The notes under the pieces: generated by a model
Seen by the model: only the letters and a program-made list of their open reading frames with translations
Database searches by the model: none
What the model was told of the DNA's origin: nothing
Assembly (NCBI GenBank): GCA_040752695.1
Contig: JBFMGO010000128.1
Coordinates: 1-16,009 of the forward strand
DNA length: 16,009 nucleotides
DNA from: a bacterium
Lineage (GTDB): Bacteria; SZUA-182; DTGQ01
Reading direction: 5' to 3'
Program-made: the position numbers and the translations under genes
Shown: piece by piece, positions 14,969 to 16,009 of the stretch
Position numbering within the stretch: the first letter of the stretch is position 1
Layout: the number at the start of each line of letters is the position of its first letter

Positions 14969-15898
14969 TCACTCATTTTCCAGCATCAGGGCAAAGCTCA
15001 GGGACCGGGTGATTGGAAGCCAGGACACTTCCTCGATCCAATAAATAGTCACTCGCATATCCTTGATGACGGATATAATCCTTTTAACCAGTTCTTCAGG
15101 AGAGTAAATCCGTCCAAATCTATTCAGAAACCCGAATCTTCTGCAAATCGTGGCCTCATGGTCAAACCCGACCTGATCGAGGGAAAACATCGACGGATCG
15201 GTCAGGTTAGTAAAATCCCTGCTCAGATAGAGGGGAACGATGAAACACCTCCCGCCTGGCTTGAGCAGCCTCTGCGCTTCCATGATAAAGAGTGTATCAT
15301 TCTCCTTTTCAAAGTGCTCGAAAGTACAATGGAGAGTCATTTTATCAATTGATTTATCAGGCAAAGGAATATGAGCCGCATTGCATCCGATTTGATCTTG
15401 ATAGAAGCCCGGCCTGTAGGTCAGGTCCTGACAGTAGACTTTTCTCACCTGCTCCCTGATAAGATCGGGAAAGGGAGAGAGCCAACTCCCTACGTCAATA
15501 TAAGTATCAGTCTCTTTGAAACCGATGAGTTTGAGAGTTAAAAAATATTCCACTATTTTTTTATAACATGGGTCATGCCGGATGCCGTCTTGTCCCATGA
15601 ATTCTTCATATCTTTTCAAAAACTCATCGAACTCGTTCCGCTCAATGACGACAGAGGGACATTTTGTACCGGTTAAACTCTCCATACGTTCCCTGACAGC
15701 CATCTGTTCTGACTTGTTGTGACAGGTAAATCCCAGTTTTTGTGGCTCCCAGGGGTAGGTTTTCCAAAGATGGTACCAGTGCCTTTTCCCTAATGACCCT
15801 GCTTTATTGATTACTTTTTTGGTAAACCAGACTGCATAAGGATAGTGCCCTTCGGGTGCAAAAATTCTTTGAGAGATAAACTTGCCATCAGCTTTCAC
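14969..15898 (-). CDS. Class I SAM-dependent methyltransferase-domain protein, probably glycan-associated
   Basis: YIDVGS motif I, IPLPDKSIDKMTLHCTFEHF, RLLKPGGRCFIVP. GTG start with AGAGGAG upstream. Confidence 0.8.
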   Translation of the reverse strand: MKADGKFISQRIFAPEGHYPYAVWFTKKVINKAGSLGKRHWYHLWKTYPWEPQKLGFTCHNKSEQMAVRERMESLTGTKCPSVVIERNEFDEFLKRYEEFMGQDGIRHDPCYKKIVEYFLTLKLIGFKETDTYIDVGSWLSPFPDLIREQVRKVYCQDLTYRPGFYQDQIGCNAAHIPLPDKSIDKMTLHCTFEHFEKENDTLFIMEAQRLLKPGGRCFIVPLYLSRDFTNLTDPSMFSLDQVGFDHEATICRRFGFLNRFGRIYSPEELVKRIISVIKDMRVTIYWIEEVSWLPITRSLSFALMLENE

Positions 15899-15945
15899 GA
15901 AAAAAACTCCTCTTGGCCTTAGTACACATTGCGATCGTCACCTGC

Positions 15946-16009
15946 TCATCTACGGTTCTTTTTTGTCTTAAGAACCGGCAAGAGACCGTCAATACCAAAT
16001 ATAAGGTAT
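15946..16009 (-). CDS. Possible 3' end of an upstream gene truncated by the window edge
   Basis: One minus frame reads ...YLIFGIDGLLPVLKTKKNRR* to 15946. Another frame stays open to 15888, so the frame is ambiguous. Confidence 0.3.
   Translation of the reverse strand, partial: YLIFGIDGLLPVLKTKKNRR

Overview
Bacterial genomic window with no rRNA, tRNA, CRISPR array or mobile element detected. The + strand carries one large secreted protein with Thr-rich Ig-like (DUF11/DUF7507-like) repeats, followed by a strong intrinsic terminator. Everything else is on the - strand. In transcription order it reads: SAM methyltransferase, GT4 glycosyltransferase, SAM methyltransferase, an unannotated 23-codon ORF with its own sigma-54 promoter and hairpin, a DUF2723/TMEM260-like membrane glycosyltransferase, a polytopic membrane protein with a degenerate spermidine-synthase-like domain, an AmmeMemoRadiSam radical SAM enzyme (AmrS), a MEMO1+AMMECR1 fusion (AmrB-AmrA), an RlmI-like rRNA methyltransferase and a PflX-like radical SAM protein. 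Two observations stand out. First, the AmmeMemoRadiSam module appears to be exported: AmrS has a twin-arginine signal, the AmrB-AmrA fusion has a Sec-type signal, and amrS is translationally coupled to the membrane SAM-binding protein. Second, a complete sigma-54 transcription unit appears to encode only a 23-aa hydrophobic micropeptide. All family assignments come from motif recognition by eye; no database searches were run.
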